From the human T2T-CHM13v2.0 reference genome, Homo sapiens: 64,000 bases of DNA. Every line of letters starts with the position of its first letter. The first letter of the stretch is position 1. Made by a program: the position numbers and the translations under genes. Under the pieces are notes generated by a model that was not told the origin of the DNA, did not search any database, and was given only the letters and a program-made list of their open reading frames with translations. The stretch is from NCBI RefSeq assembly GCF_009914755.1, contig NC_060945.1; one strand, 5' to 3'. Shown here one piece after another: positions 26,601 through 39,300 of this stretch.

Positions 26601-29600
26601 GTTCCACTCTGTTAGCTGAGTACACACATCACAAACTTGTTTCTCAGAATCCTTCTGTCTCGTTTTTATGGGAAGATATTTACTTTTTCACCGTAGGCAT
26701 CAAAGCGCTCCAAATGTCCACATCCAGATACTCCAGAAAGAGTGTTTCAAACCTGCTCTATGAAAGGGAATCTTCAACTCTATGAGTTGAATGCAGACAT
26801 CAGAAAGAAATTTCTGAGAATGCTGCTGTCTACCTTTTATTTGAATTCCCGCTTCCAACGAAATCCTCCAAGCTATCCAAATATCCACTTGCAGATTCCA
26901 CAAAAAGAGTGTTTCAAAACTGCTCTCTATCAATGGCAAAGTTCAACTCTGTTAGTTGAGGACACATATCACCAACAAGTTTCTGAGAATGCTTCTGTCT
27001 ATTTTTTATGGGAAGATATTTCCTTTTTCACCGTAGGCGTCAAGGCGATCGAAATGTCCACTTCCACAAACTACAAAAAGAGTGTTTCAAACCTGCTCTA
27101 TGAAAGGCCATGTTCATCTCTATGAGTTGAATGGAAATATCCGAAAGAAATTTCTGGGAATGCTGCTGTCTAGTGTTTATACGAATTCCCGCTTCCAACG
27201 TAATCCTCAAAGCAATCCAAATATCCACTTGCAGAATCCACAAAAAGAGTGTTTCAAAACTGCTCTATCAATAGAAAGGTTCAACTCTTTTAGTTGAGTA
27301 CACACATCACGAACAAGTTTCTGAGAATGCTTCTGTCTGGCTTTTATTGGAAGACGTTTCCTTTTCACCAAAGGCATCAAAGCGCTCCAAATGTCCACTT
27401 CCAGATTCTTCCAAAAGAGTGTTTCAAACGTGCTCAAAGTAAGGGAATGTTCAACTCTGTGACTTGAATGCAGATATCACCAAGTAGTTTCTAATAGTGC
27501 TTCTGTCTACATTTTAGATGATGATATTCCCGTTTCCAACGAAATCGCTAGAGCTATCCAAATATCCAGTTACAGTTTCTACCAAAAGGGTGTTTCCAAA
27601 TTGCTGCATCAAAAGAAAGGTTCAACTCTGTTAGTTGAGGACACACATCACAAAGAAGTTTGTGAGAATGCTTCTGTCTAGGTTTTGTATGACGATATTC
27701 CCTTTTCCAACGATATCGTTAAAGCAATCTAAATATCAATTTGCAGAATCCACAAAAATAGAGTTTCAAAGCTGCTCTGTAAAAAGAAAGGTTCCACTCT
27801 GTTAGCTGAGTACACACATCACAAACTTGTTTCTCAGAATCCTTCTGTCTCGTTTTTATGGGAAGATACTTACTTTTCCACCGTAGGCATCAAAGCGCTC
27901 CAAATGTCCACATCCAGATACTCCAGAACGAGTGTTTCAAACCTGCTCTATGAAAGGGAATCTTCAACTCTATGAGTTGAATGCAGACATCAGAAAGAAA
28001 TTTCTGAGAATGCTGCTGTCTACCTTTTATTTGAATTCCCGCTTCCAACGAAATCCTCCAAGCTATCCAAATATCCACCTGCATTTTCCACAACAAGAGT
28101 GTTTCAAAACTGCTCTATCAATAGAAATGTTCAACTCCTTTGGCTGGGTACACACATCACAAACAAGTTTCTGAGAATGCTTCTGTCTAGTTTTTATGGG
28201 AAGACGTTCCCTTTTTCACCAAAGGCATCAAAGCGCTCCAAATGTCCACTTCCAGACACTACAAAAAGAGTGTTTCAAACGTGCTCTAAGAAAGCGAATG
28301 TTCAACTCTGTGACTTGAATGCACATATCACAAAGTAGTTTCTGAGAGGGCTTCTGTCTAGATTTTAGATGATGATATTCCCGTTTCCAACAAAATCATT
28401 AGAGCTTCCAAATATCCACTTACAGTTTCTACAAAAAGAGTGTTTCCAAACTGCTGCATCAAAAGAGAGGTTCCACTCTGTTAGCTGAGTACACACATCA
28501 CAAACTTGTTTCTCAGAATCCTTCTGTCTCGTTTTTATGGGAAGATATTTACTTTTTCACCGTAGGCATCAAAGCGCTCCAAATGTCCACATCCAGATAC
28601 TCCAGAAAGAGTGTTTCAAACCTGCCCTATGAAAGGGAATCTTCAACTCTATGAGTTGAATGCAGACATCAGAAAGAAATTTCTGAGAATGCTGCTGTCT
28701 ACCTTTTATTTGAATTCCCGCTTCCAACGAAATCCTCCAAGCTATCCAAATATCCACTTGCAGATTCCACAAAAAGAGTGTTTCAAAACTGCTCTCTATC
28801 AATGGCAAAGTTCAACTCTGTTAGTTGAGGACACATATCACCAACAAGTTTCTGAGAATGCTTCTGTCTATTTTTTATGGGAAGATATTTCCTTTTTCAC
28901 CGTAGGCGTCAAGGCGATCGAAATGTCCACTTCCACAAACTACAAAAAGAGTGTTTCAAACCTGCTCTATGAAAGGCCATGTTCATCTCTATGAGTTGAA
29001 TGGAAATATCCGAAAGAAATTTCTGGGAATGCTGCTGTCTAGTGTTTATACGAATTCCCGCTTCCAACGAAATCCTCAAAGCAATCCAAATATCCACTTG
29101 CAGAATCCACAAAAAGAGTGTTTCAAAACTGCTCTATCAATAGAAAGGTTCAACTCTTTTAGTTGAGTACACACATCACGAACAAGTTTCTGAGAATGCT
29201 TCTGTCTGGCTTTTATTGGAAGACGTTTCCTTTTCAACAAAGGCATCAAAGCGCTCCAAATGTCCACTTCCAGATTCTTCCAAAAGAGTGTTTCAAACGT
29301 GCTCAAAGTAAAGGAATGTTCAACTCTGTGACTTGAATGCAGATATCACCAAGTAGTTTCTAATAGTGCTTCTGCCTACATTTTAGATGATGATATTCCC
29401 TTTTCCAACGAAATCGTTAGAGCTATCCAAATATCCAGTTACAGTTTCTACCAAAAGGGTGTTTCCAAATTGCTGCATCAAAAGAAAGGTTCAACTCTGT
29501 TAGTTGAGGACACACATCACAAAGAAGTTTGTGAGAATGCTTCTGTCTAGATTTTGTATGACGATATTCCCTTTTCCAACGATATCGTTAAAGCAATCTA

Positions 29601-32600
29601 AATATCAATTTGCAGAATCCACAAAAATAGAGTTTCAAAGCTGCTCTGTAAAAAGAAAGGTTCCACTCTGTTAGCTGAGTACACACATCACAAACTTGTT
29701 TCTGAGAATCCTTCTGTCTCGTTTTTATGGGAAGATATTTACTTTTCCACCGTAGGCATCAAAGCGCTCCAAATGTCCACATCCAGATACTCCAGAACGA
29801 GTGTTTCAAACCTGCTCTATGAAAGGGAATCTTCAACTCTATGAGTTGAATGCAGACATCAGAAAGAAATTTCTGAGAATGCTGCTGTCTACCTTTTATT
29901 TGAATTCCCGCTTCCAACGAAATCCTCCAAGCTATCCAAATATCCACCTGCATTTTCCACAAAAAGAGTGTTTCAAAACTGCTCTATCAATAGAAATGTT
30001 CAACTCCTTTGGCTGGGTACACACATCACAAACAAGTTTCTGAGAATGCTTCTGTCTAGTTTTTATGGGAAGACATTCCCTTTTTCACCAAAGACATCAA
30101 AGCGCTCCAAATGTCCACTTCCAGACACTACAAAAAGAGTGTTTCAAACGTGCTCTAAGAAAGCGAATGTTCAACTTTGTGACTTGAATGCAGATATCAC
30201 AAAGTAGTTTCTGAGAGGGCTTCTGTCTAGATTTTAGATGATGATATTCCCGTTTCCAACGAAATCATTAGAGCTATCCAAATATCCACTTACAGTTTCT
30301 ACAAAAAGAGTGTTTCCAAACTGCTGCATCAAAAGAGAGGTTCCACTCTGTTAGCTGAGTACACACATCACAAACTTGTTTCTCAGAATCCTTCTGTCTC
30401 GTTTTTATGGGAAGATATTTACTTTTTCACCGTAGGCATCAAAGCGCTCCAAATGTCCACATCCAGATACTCCAGAAAGAGTGTTTCAAACCTGCTCTAT
30501 GAAAGGGAATCTTCAACTCTATGAGTTGAATGCAGACATCAGAAAGAAATTTCTGAGAATGCTGCTGTCTACCTTTTATTTGAATTCCCGCTTCCAACGA
30601 AATCCTCCAAGCTATCCAAATATCCACTTGCAGATTCCACAAAAAGAGTGTTTCAAAACTGCTCTCTATCAATGGCAAAGTTCAACTCTGTTAGTTGAGG
30701 ACACATATCACCAACAAGTTTCTGAGAATGCTTCTGTCTATTTTTTATGGGAAGATATTTCCTTTTTCACCGTAGGCGTCAAGGCGATCGAAATGTCCAC
30801 TTCCACAAACTACAAAAAGAGTGTTTCAAACCTGCTCTATGAAAGGCCATGTTCATCTCTATGAGTTGAATGGAAATATCCGAAAGAAATTTCTGGGAAT
30901 GCTGCTGTCTAGTGTTTATACGAATTCCCGCTTCCAACGTAATCCTCAAAGCAATCCAAATATCCACTTGCAGAATCCACAAAAAGAGTGTTTCAAAACT
31001 GCTCTATCAATAGAAAGGTTCAACTCTTTTAGTTGAGTACACACATCACGAACAAGTTTCTGAGAATGCTTCTGTCTGGCTTTTATTGGAAGACGTTTCC
31101 TTTTCACCAAAGGCATCAAAGCGCTCCAAATGTCCACTTCCAGATTCTTCCAAAAGAGTGTTTCAAACGTGCTCAAAGTAAGGGAATGTTCAACTCTGTG
31201 ACTTGAATGCAGATATCACCAAGTAGTTTCTAATAGTGCTTCTGTCTACATTTTAGATGATGATATTCCCGTTTCCAACGAAATCGCTAGAGCTATCCAA
31301 ATATCCAGTTACAGTTTCTACCAAAAGGGTGTTTCCAAATTGCTGCATCAAAAGAAAGGTTCAACTCTGTTAGTTGAGGACACACATCACAAAGAAGTTT
31401 GTGAGAATGCTTCTGTCTAGGTTTTGTATGACGATATTCCCTTTTCCAACGATATCGTTAAAGCAATCTAAATATCAATTTGCAGAATCCACAAAAATAG
31501 AGTTTCAAAGCTGCTCTGTAAAAAGAAAGGTTCCACTCTGTTAGCTGAGTACACACATCACAAACTTGTTTCTCAGAATCCTTCTGTCTCGTTTTTATGG
31601 GAAGATACTTACTTTTCCACCGTAGGCATCAAAGCGCTCCAAATGTCCACATCCAGATACTCCAGAACGAGTGTTTCAAACCTGCTCTATGAAAGGGAAT
31701 CTTCAACTCTATGAGTTGAATGCAGACATCAGAAAGAAATTTCTGAGAATGCTGCTGTCTACCTTTTATTTGAATTCCCGCTTCCAACGAAATCCTCCAA
31801 GCTATCCAAATATCCACCTGCATTTTCCACAACAAGAGTGTTTCAAAACTGCTCTATCAATAGAAATGTTCAACTCCTTTGGCTGGGTACACACATCACA
31901 AACAAGTTTCTGAGAATGCTTCTGTCTAGTTTTTATGGGAAGACGTTCCCTTTTTCACCAAAGGCATCAAAGCGCTCCAAATGTCCACTTCCAGACACTA
32001 CAAAAAGAGTGTTTCAAACGTGCTCTAAGAAAGCGAATGTTCAACTCTGTGACTTGAATGCACATATCACAAAGTAGTTTCTGAGAGGGCTTCTGTCTAG
32101 ATTTTAGATGATGATATTCCCGTTTCCAACAAAATCATTAGAGCTTCCAAATATCCACTTACAGTTTCTACAAAAAGAGTGTTTCCAAACTGCTGCATCA
32201 AAAGAGAGGTTCCACTCTGTTAGCTGAGTACACACATCACAAACTTGTTTCTCAGAATCCTTCTGTCTCGTTTTTATGGGAAGATATTTACTTTTTCACC
32301 GTAGGCATCAAAGCGCTCCAAATGTCCACATCCAGATACTCCAGAAAGAGTGTTTCAAACCTGCCCTATGAAAGGGAATCTTCAACTCTATGAGTTGAAT
32401 GCAGACATCAGAAAGAAATTTCTGAGAATGCTGCTGTCTACCTTTTATTTGAATTCCCGCTTCCAACGAAATCCTCCAAGCTATCCAAATATCCACTTGC
32501 AGATTCCACAAAAAGAGTGTTTCAAAACTGCTCTCTATCAATGGCAAAGTTCAACTCTGTTAGTTGAGGACACATATCACCAACAAGTTTCTGAGAATGC

Positions 32601-34840
32601 TTCTGTCTATTTTTTATGGGAAGATATTTCCTTTTTCACCGTAGGCGTCAAGGCGATCGAAATGTCCACTTCCACAAACTACAAAAAGAGTGTTTCAAAC
32701 CTGCTCTATGAAAGGCCATGTTCATCTCTATGAGTTGAATGGAAATATCCGAAAGAAATTTCTGGGAATGCTGCTGTCTAGTGTTTATACGAATTCCCGC
32801 TTCCAACGAAATCCTCAAAGCAATCCAAATATCCACTTGCAGAATCCACAAAAAGAGTGTTTCAAAACTGCTCTATCAATAGAAAGGTTCAACTCTTTTA
32901 GTTGAGTACACACATCACGAACAAGTTTCTGAGAATGCTTCTGTCTGGCTTTTATTGGAAGACGTTTCCTTTTCAACAAAGGCATCAAAGCGCTCCAAAT
33001 GTCCACTTCCAGATTCTTCCAAAAGAGTGTTTCAAACGTGCTCAAAGTAAGGGAATGTTCAACTCTGTGACTTGAATGCAGATATCACCAAGTAGTTTCT
33101 AATAGTGCTTCTGCCTACATTTTAGATGATGATATTCCCTTTTCCAACGAAATCGTTAGAGCTATCCAAATATCCAGTTACAGTTTCTACCAAAAGGGTG
33201 TTTCCAAATTGCTGCATCAAAAGAAAGGTTCAACTCTGTTAGTTGAGGACACACATCACAAAGAAGTTTGTGAGAATGCTTCTGTCTAGATTTTGTATGA
33301 CGATATTCCCTTTTCCAACGATATCGTTAAAGCAATCTAAATATCAATTTGCAGAATCCACAAAAATAGAGTTTCAAAGCTGCTCTGTAAAAAGAAAGGT
33401 TCCACTCTGTTAGCTGAGTACACACATCACAAACTTGTTTCTGAGAATCCTTCTGTCTCGTTTTTATGGGAAGATATTTACTTTTCCACCGTAGGCATCA
33501 AAGCGCTCCAAATGTCCACATCCAGATACTCCAGAACGAGTGTTTCAAACCTGCTCTATGAAAGGGAATCTTCAACTCTATGAGTTGAATGCAGACATCA
33601 GAAAGAAATTTCTGAGAATGCTGCTGTCTACCTTTTATTTGAATTCCCGCTTCCAACGAAATCCTCCAAGCTATCCAAATATCCACCTGCATTTTCCACA
33701 AAAAGAGTGTTTCAAAACTGCTCTATCAATAGAAATGTTCAACTCCTTTGGCTGGGTACACACATCACAAACAAGTTTCTGAGAATGCTTCTGTCTAGTT
33801 TTTATGGGAAGACATTCCCTTTTTCACCAAAGACATCAAAGCGCTCCAAATGTCCACTTCCAGACACTACAAAAAGAGTGTTTCAAACGTGCTCTAAGAA
33901 AGCGAATGTTCAACTCTGTGACTTGAATGCAGATATCACAAAGTAGTTTCTGAGAGGGCTTCTGTCTAGATTTTAGATGATGATATTCCCGTTTCCAACG
34001 AAATCATTAGAGCTATCCAAATATCCACTTACAGTTTCTACAAAAAGAGTGTTTCCAAACTGCTGCATCAAAAGAGAGGTTCCACTCTGTTAGCTGAGTA
34101 CACACATCACAAACTTGTTTCTCAGAATCCTTCTGTCTCGTTTTTATGGGAAGATATTTACTTTTTCACCGTAGGCATCAAAGCGCTCCAAATGTCCACA
34201 TCCAGATACTCCAGAAAGAGTGTTTCAAACCTGCTCTATGAAAGGGAATCTTCAACTCTATGAGTTGAATGCAGACATCAGAAAGAAATTTCTGAGAATG
34301 CTGCTGTCTACCTTTTATTTGAATTCCCGCTTCCAACGAAATCCTCCAAGCTATCCAAATATCCACTTGCAGATTCCACAAAAAGAGTGTTTCAAAACTG
34401 CTCTCTATCAATGGCAAAGTTCAACTCTGTTAGTTGAGGACACATATCACCAACAAGTTTCTGAGAATGCTTCTGTCTATTTTTTATGGGAAGATATTTC
34501 CTTTTTCACCGTAGGCGTCAAGGCGATCGAAATGTCCACTTCCACAAACTACAAAAAGAGTGTTTCAAACCTGCTCTATGAAAGGCCATGTTCATCTCTA
34601 TGAGTTGAATGGAAATATCCGAAAGAAATTTCTGGGAATGCTGCTGTCTAGTGTTTATACGAATTCCCGCTTCCAACGTAATCCTCAAAGCAATCCAAAT
34701 ATCCACTTGCAGAATCCACAAAAAGAGTGTTTCAAAACTGCTCTATCAATAGAAAGGTTCAACTCTTTTAGTTGAGTACACACATCACGAACAAGTTTCT
34801 GAGAATGCTTCTGTCTGGCTTTTATTGGAAGACGTTTCCT
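23624..34840 (-). repeat. Three tandem copies of a 3,739 bp HOR dimer (22-mer; haplotype A 1,869 bp + haplotype B 1,870 bp)
   Basis: Alternating variants. A: TCTAGGTTTT, GATACTT, GCACATATC, CCAACAAAA, GAGCTTCC, GCCCTATG. B: TCAACAAAGG, GCCTAC, CCCTTTTCCAACGAA, AAAGACATC, AACGTAATC. Confidence 0.93.
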
Positions 34841-36368
34841 TTTCACCAAAGGCATCAAAGCGCTCCAAATGTCCACTTCCAGATTCTTCCAAAAGAGTGT
34901 TTCAAACGTGCTCAAAGTAAGGGAATGTTCAACTCTGTGACTTGAATGCAGATATCACCAAGTAGTTTCTAATAGTGCTTCTGTCTACATTTTAGATGAT
35001 GATATTCCCGTTTCCAACGAAATCGCTAGAGCTATCCAAATATCCAGTTACAGTTTCTACCAAAAGGGTGTTTCCAAATTGCTGCATCAAAAGAAAGGTT
35101 CAACTCTGTTAGTTGAGGACACACATCACAAAGAAGTTTGTGAGAATGCTTCTGTCTAGATTTTGTATGACGATATTCCCTTTTCCAACGATATCGTTAA
35201 AGCAATCTAAATATCAATTTGCAGAATCCACAAAAATAGAGTTTCAAAGCTGCTCTGTAAAAAGAAAGGTTCCACTCTGTTAGCTGAGTACACACATCAC
35301 AAACTTGTTTCTCAGAATCCTTCTGTCTCGTTTTTATGGGAAGATACTTACTTTTCCACCGTAGGCATCAAAGCGCTCCAAATGTCCACATCCAGATACT
35401 CCAGAACGAGTGTTTCAAACCTGCTCTATGAAAGGGAATCTTCAACTCTATGAGTTGAATGCAGACATCAGAAAGAAATTTCTGAGAATGCTGCTGTCTA
35501 CCTTTTATTTGAATTCCCGCTTCCAACGAAATCCTCCAAGCTATCCAAATATCCACCTGCATTTTCCACAACAAGAGTGTTTCAAAACTGCTCTATCAAT
35601 AGAAATGTTCAACTCCTTTGGCTGGGTACACACATCACAAACAAGTTTCTGAGAATGCTTCTGTCTAGTTTTTATGGGAAGACGTTCCCTTTTTCACCAA
35701 AGGCATCCAAGCGCTCCAAATGTCCACATCCAGATACTCCAGAAAGAGTGTTTCAAACCTGCTCTATGAAAGGGAATCTTCAACTCTATGAGTTGAATGC
35801 AGACATCAGAAAGAAATTTCTGAGAATGCTGCTGTCTACCTTTTATTTGAATTCCCGCTTCCAACGAAATCCTCCAAGCTATCCAAATATCCACTTGCAG
35901 ATTCCACAAAAAGAGTGTTTCAAAACTGCTCTCTATCAATGGCAAAGTTCAACTCTGTTAGTTGAGGACACATATCACCAACAAGTTTCTGAGAATGCTT
36001 CTGTCTATTTTTTATGGGAAGATATTTCCTTTTTCACCATAGGCGTCAAGGCGATCGAAATGTCCACTTCCACAAACTACAAAAAGAGTGTTTCAAACCT
36101 GCTCTATGAAAGGCCATGTTCATCTCTATGAGTTGAATGGAAATATCCGAAAGAAATTTCTGGGAATGCTGCTGTCTAGTGTTTATACGAATTCCCGCTT
36201 CCAACGAAATCCTCAAAGCAATCCAAATATCCACTTGCAGAATCCACAAAAAGAGTGTTTCAAAACTGCTCTATCAATAGAAAGGTTCAACTCTTTTAGT
36301 TGAGTACACACATCACGAACAAGTTTCTGAGAATGCTTCTGTCTGGCTTTTATTGGAAGACGTTTCCT
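34841..36368 (-). repeat. 9-mer HOR structural variant, copy 1 (1,528 bp; 342 bp deleted)
   Basis: Marker spacing 34560 to 36088; junction CACCAAAGGCATCCAAGCGCTCCAAATGTCCACATCC near 35701. Confidence 0.97.
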
Positions 36369-39300
36369 TTTCAACAAAGGCATCAAAGCGCTCCAAATGT
36401 CCACTTCCAGATTCTTCCAAAAGAGTGTTTCAAACGTGCTCAAAGTAAGGGAATGTTCAACTCTGTGACTTGAATGCAGATATCACCAAGTAGTTTCTAA
36501 TAGTGCTTCTGCCTACATTTTAGATGATGATATTCCCTTTTCCAACGAAATCGTTAGAGCTATCCAAATATCCAGTTACAGTTTCTACCAAAAGGGTGTT
36601 TCCAAATTGCTGCATCAAAAGAAAGGTTCAACTCTGTTAGTTGAGGACACACATCACAAAGAAGTTTGTGAGAATGCTTCTGTCTAGATTTTGTATGACG
36701 ATATTCCCTTTTCCAACGATATCGTTAAAGCAATCTAAATATCAATTTGCAGAATCCACAAAAATAGAGTTTCAAAGCTGCTCTGTAAAAAGAAAGGTTC
36801 CACTCTGTTAGCTGAGTACACACATCACAAACTTGTTTCTGAGAATCCTTCTGTCTCGTTTTTATGGGAAGATATTTACTTTTCCACCGTAGGCATCAAA
36901 GCGCTCCAAATGTCCACATCCAGATACTCCAGAACGAGTGTTTCAAACCTGCTCTATGAAAGGGAATCTTCAACTCTATGAGTTGAATGCAGACATCAGA
37001 AAGAAATTTCTGAGAATGCTGCTGTCTACCTTTTATTTGAATTCCCGCTTCCAACGAAATCCTCCAAGCTATCCAAATATCCACCTGCATTTTCCACAAA
37101 AAGAGTGTTTCAAAACTGCTCTATCAATAGAAATGTTCAACTCCTTTGGCTGGGTACACACATCACAAACAAGTTTCTGAGAATGCTTCTGTCTAGTTTT
37201 TATGGGAAGACATTCCCTTTTTCACCAAAGACATCAAAGCGCTCCAAATGTCCACTTCCAGACACTACAAAAAGAGTGTTTCAAACGTGCTCTAAGAAAG
37301 CGAATGTTCAACTCTGTGACTTGAATGCAGATATCACAAAGTAGTTTCTGAGAGGGCTTCTGTCTAGATTTTAGATGATGATATTCCCGTTTCCAACGAA
37401 ATCATTAGAGCTATCCAAATATCCACTTACAGTTTCTACAAAAAGAGTGTTTCCAAACTGCTGCATCAAAAGAGAGGTTCCACTCTGTTAGCTGAGTACA
37501 CACATCACAAACTTGTTTCTCAGAATCCTTCTGTCTCGTTTTTATGGGAAGATATTTACTTTTTCACCGTAGGCATCAAAGCGCTCCAAATGTCCACATC
37601 CAGATACTCCAGAAAGAGTGTTTCAAACCTGCTCTATGAAAGGGAATCTTCAACTCTATGAGTTGAATGCAGACATCAGAAAGAAATTTCTGAGAATGCT
37701 GCTGTCTACCTTTTATTTGAATTCCCGCTTCCAACGAAATCCTCCAAGCTATCCAAATATCCACTTGCAGATTCCACAAAAAGAGTGTTTCAAAACTGCT
37801 CTCTATCAATGGCAAAGTTCAACTCTGTTAGTTGAGGACACATATCACCAACAAGTTTCTGAGAATGCTTCTGTCTATTTTTTATGGGAAGATATTTCCT
37901 TTTTCACCGTAGGCGTCAAGGCGATCGAAATGTCCACTTCCACAAACTACAAAAAGAGTGTTTCAAACCTGCTCTATGAAAGGCCATGTTCATCTCTATG
38001 AGTTGAATGGAAATATCCGAAAGAAATTTCTGGGAATGCTGCTGTCTAGTGTTTATACGAATTCCCGCTTCCAACGTAATCCTCAAAGCAATCCAAATAT
38101 CCACTTGCAGAATCCACAAAAAGAGTGTTTCAAAACTGCTCTATCAATAGAAAGGTTCAACTCTTTTAGTTGAGTACACACATCACGAACAAGTTTCTGA
38201 GAATGCTTCTGTCTGGCTTTTATTGGAAGACGTTTCCTTTTCACCAAAGGCATCAAAGCGCTCCAAATGTCCACTTCCAGATTCTTCCAAAAGAGTGTTT
38301 CAAACGTGCTCAAAGTAAGGGAATGTTCAACTCTGTGACTTGAATGCAGATATCACCAAGTAGTTTCTAATAGTGCTTCTGTCTACATTTTAGATGATGA
38401 TATTCCCGTTTCCAACGAAATCGCTAGAGCTATCCAAATATCCAGTTACAGTTTCTACCAAAAGGGTGTTTCCAAATTGCTGCATCAAAAGAAAGGTTCA
38501 ACTCTGTTAGTTGAGGACACACATCACAAAGAAGTTTGTGAGAATGCTTCTGTCTAGGTTTTGTATGACGATATTCCCTTTTCCAACGATATCGTTAAAG
38601 CAATCTAAATATCAATTTGCAGAATCCACAAAAATAGAGTTTCAAAGCTGCTCTGTAAAAAGAAAGGTTCCACTCTGTTAGCTGAGTACACACATCACAA
38701 ACTTGTTTCTCAGAATCCTTCTGTCTCGTTTTTATGGGAAGATACTTACTTTTCCACCGTAGGCATCAAAGCGCTCCAAATGTCCACATCCAGATACTCC
38801 AGAACGAGTGTTTCAAACCTGCTCTATGAAAGGGAATCTTCAACTCTATGAGTTGAATGCAGACATCAGAAAGAAATTTCTGAGAATGCTGCTGTCTACC
38901 TTTTATTTGAATTCCCGCTTCCAACGAAATCCTCCAAGCTATCCAAATATCCACCTGCATTTTCCACAACAAGAGTGTTTCAAAACTGCTCTATCAATAG
39001 AAATGTTCAACTCCTTTGGCTGGGTACACACATCACAAACAAGTTTCTGAGAATGCTTCTGTCTAGTTTTTATGGGAAGACGTTCCCTTTTTCACCAAAG
39101 GCATCAAAGCGCTCCAAATGTCCACTTCCAGACACTACAAAAAGAGTGTTTCAAACGTGCTCTAAGAAAGCGAATGTTCAACTCTGTGACTTGAATGCAC
39201 ATATCACAAAGTAGTTTCTGAGAGGGCTTCTGTCTAGATTTTAGATGATGATATTCCCGTTTCCAACAAAATCATTAGAGCTTCCAAATATCCACTTACA

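Noticed and set aside
35577-36131. 184 aa ORF (also at 42713, 49849, 55115, 62251), the longest in the window
   Set aside because: It is an in-frame fusion of two spurious ORFs created by the 342 bp deletion of the 9-mer. There is no evidence of promoter, splicing or coding constraint.
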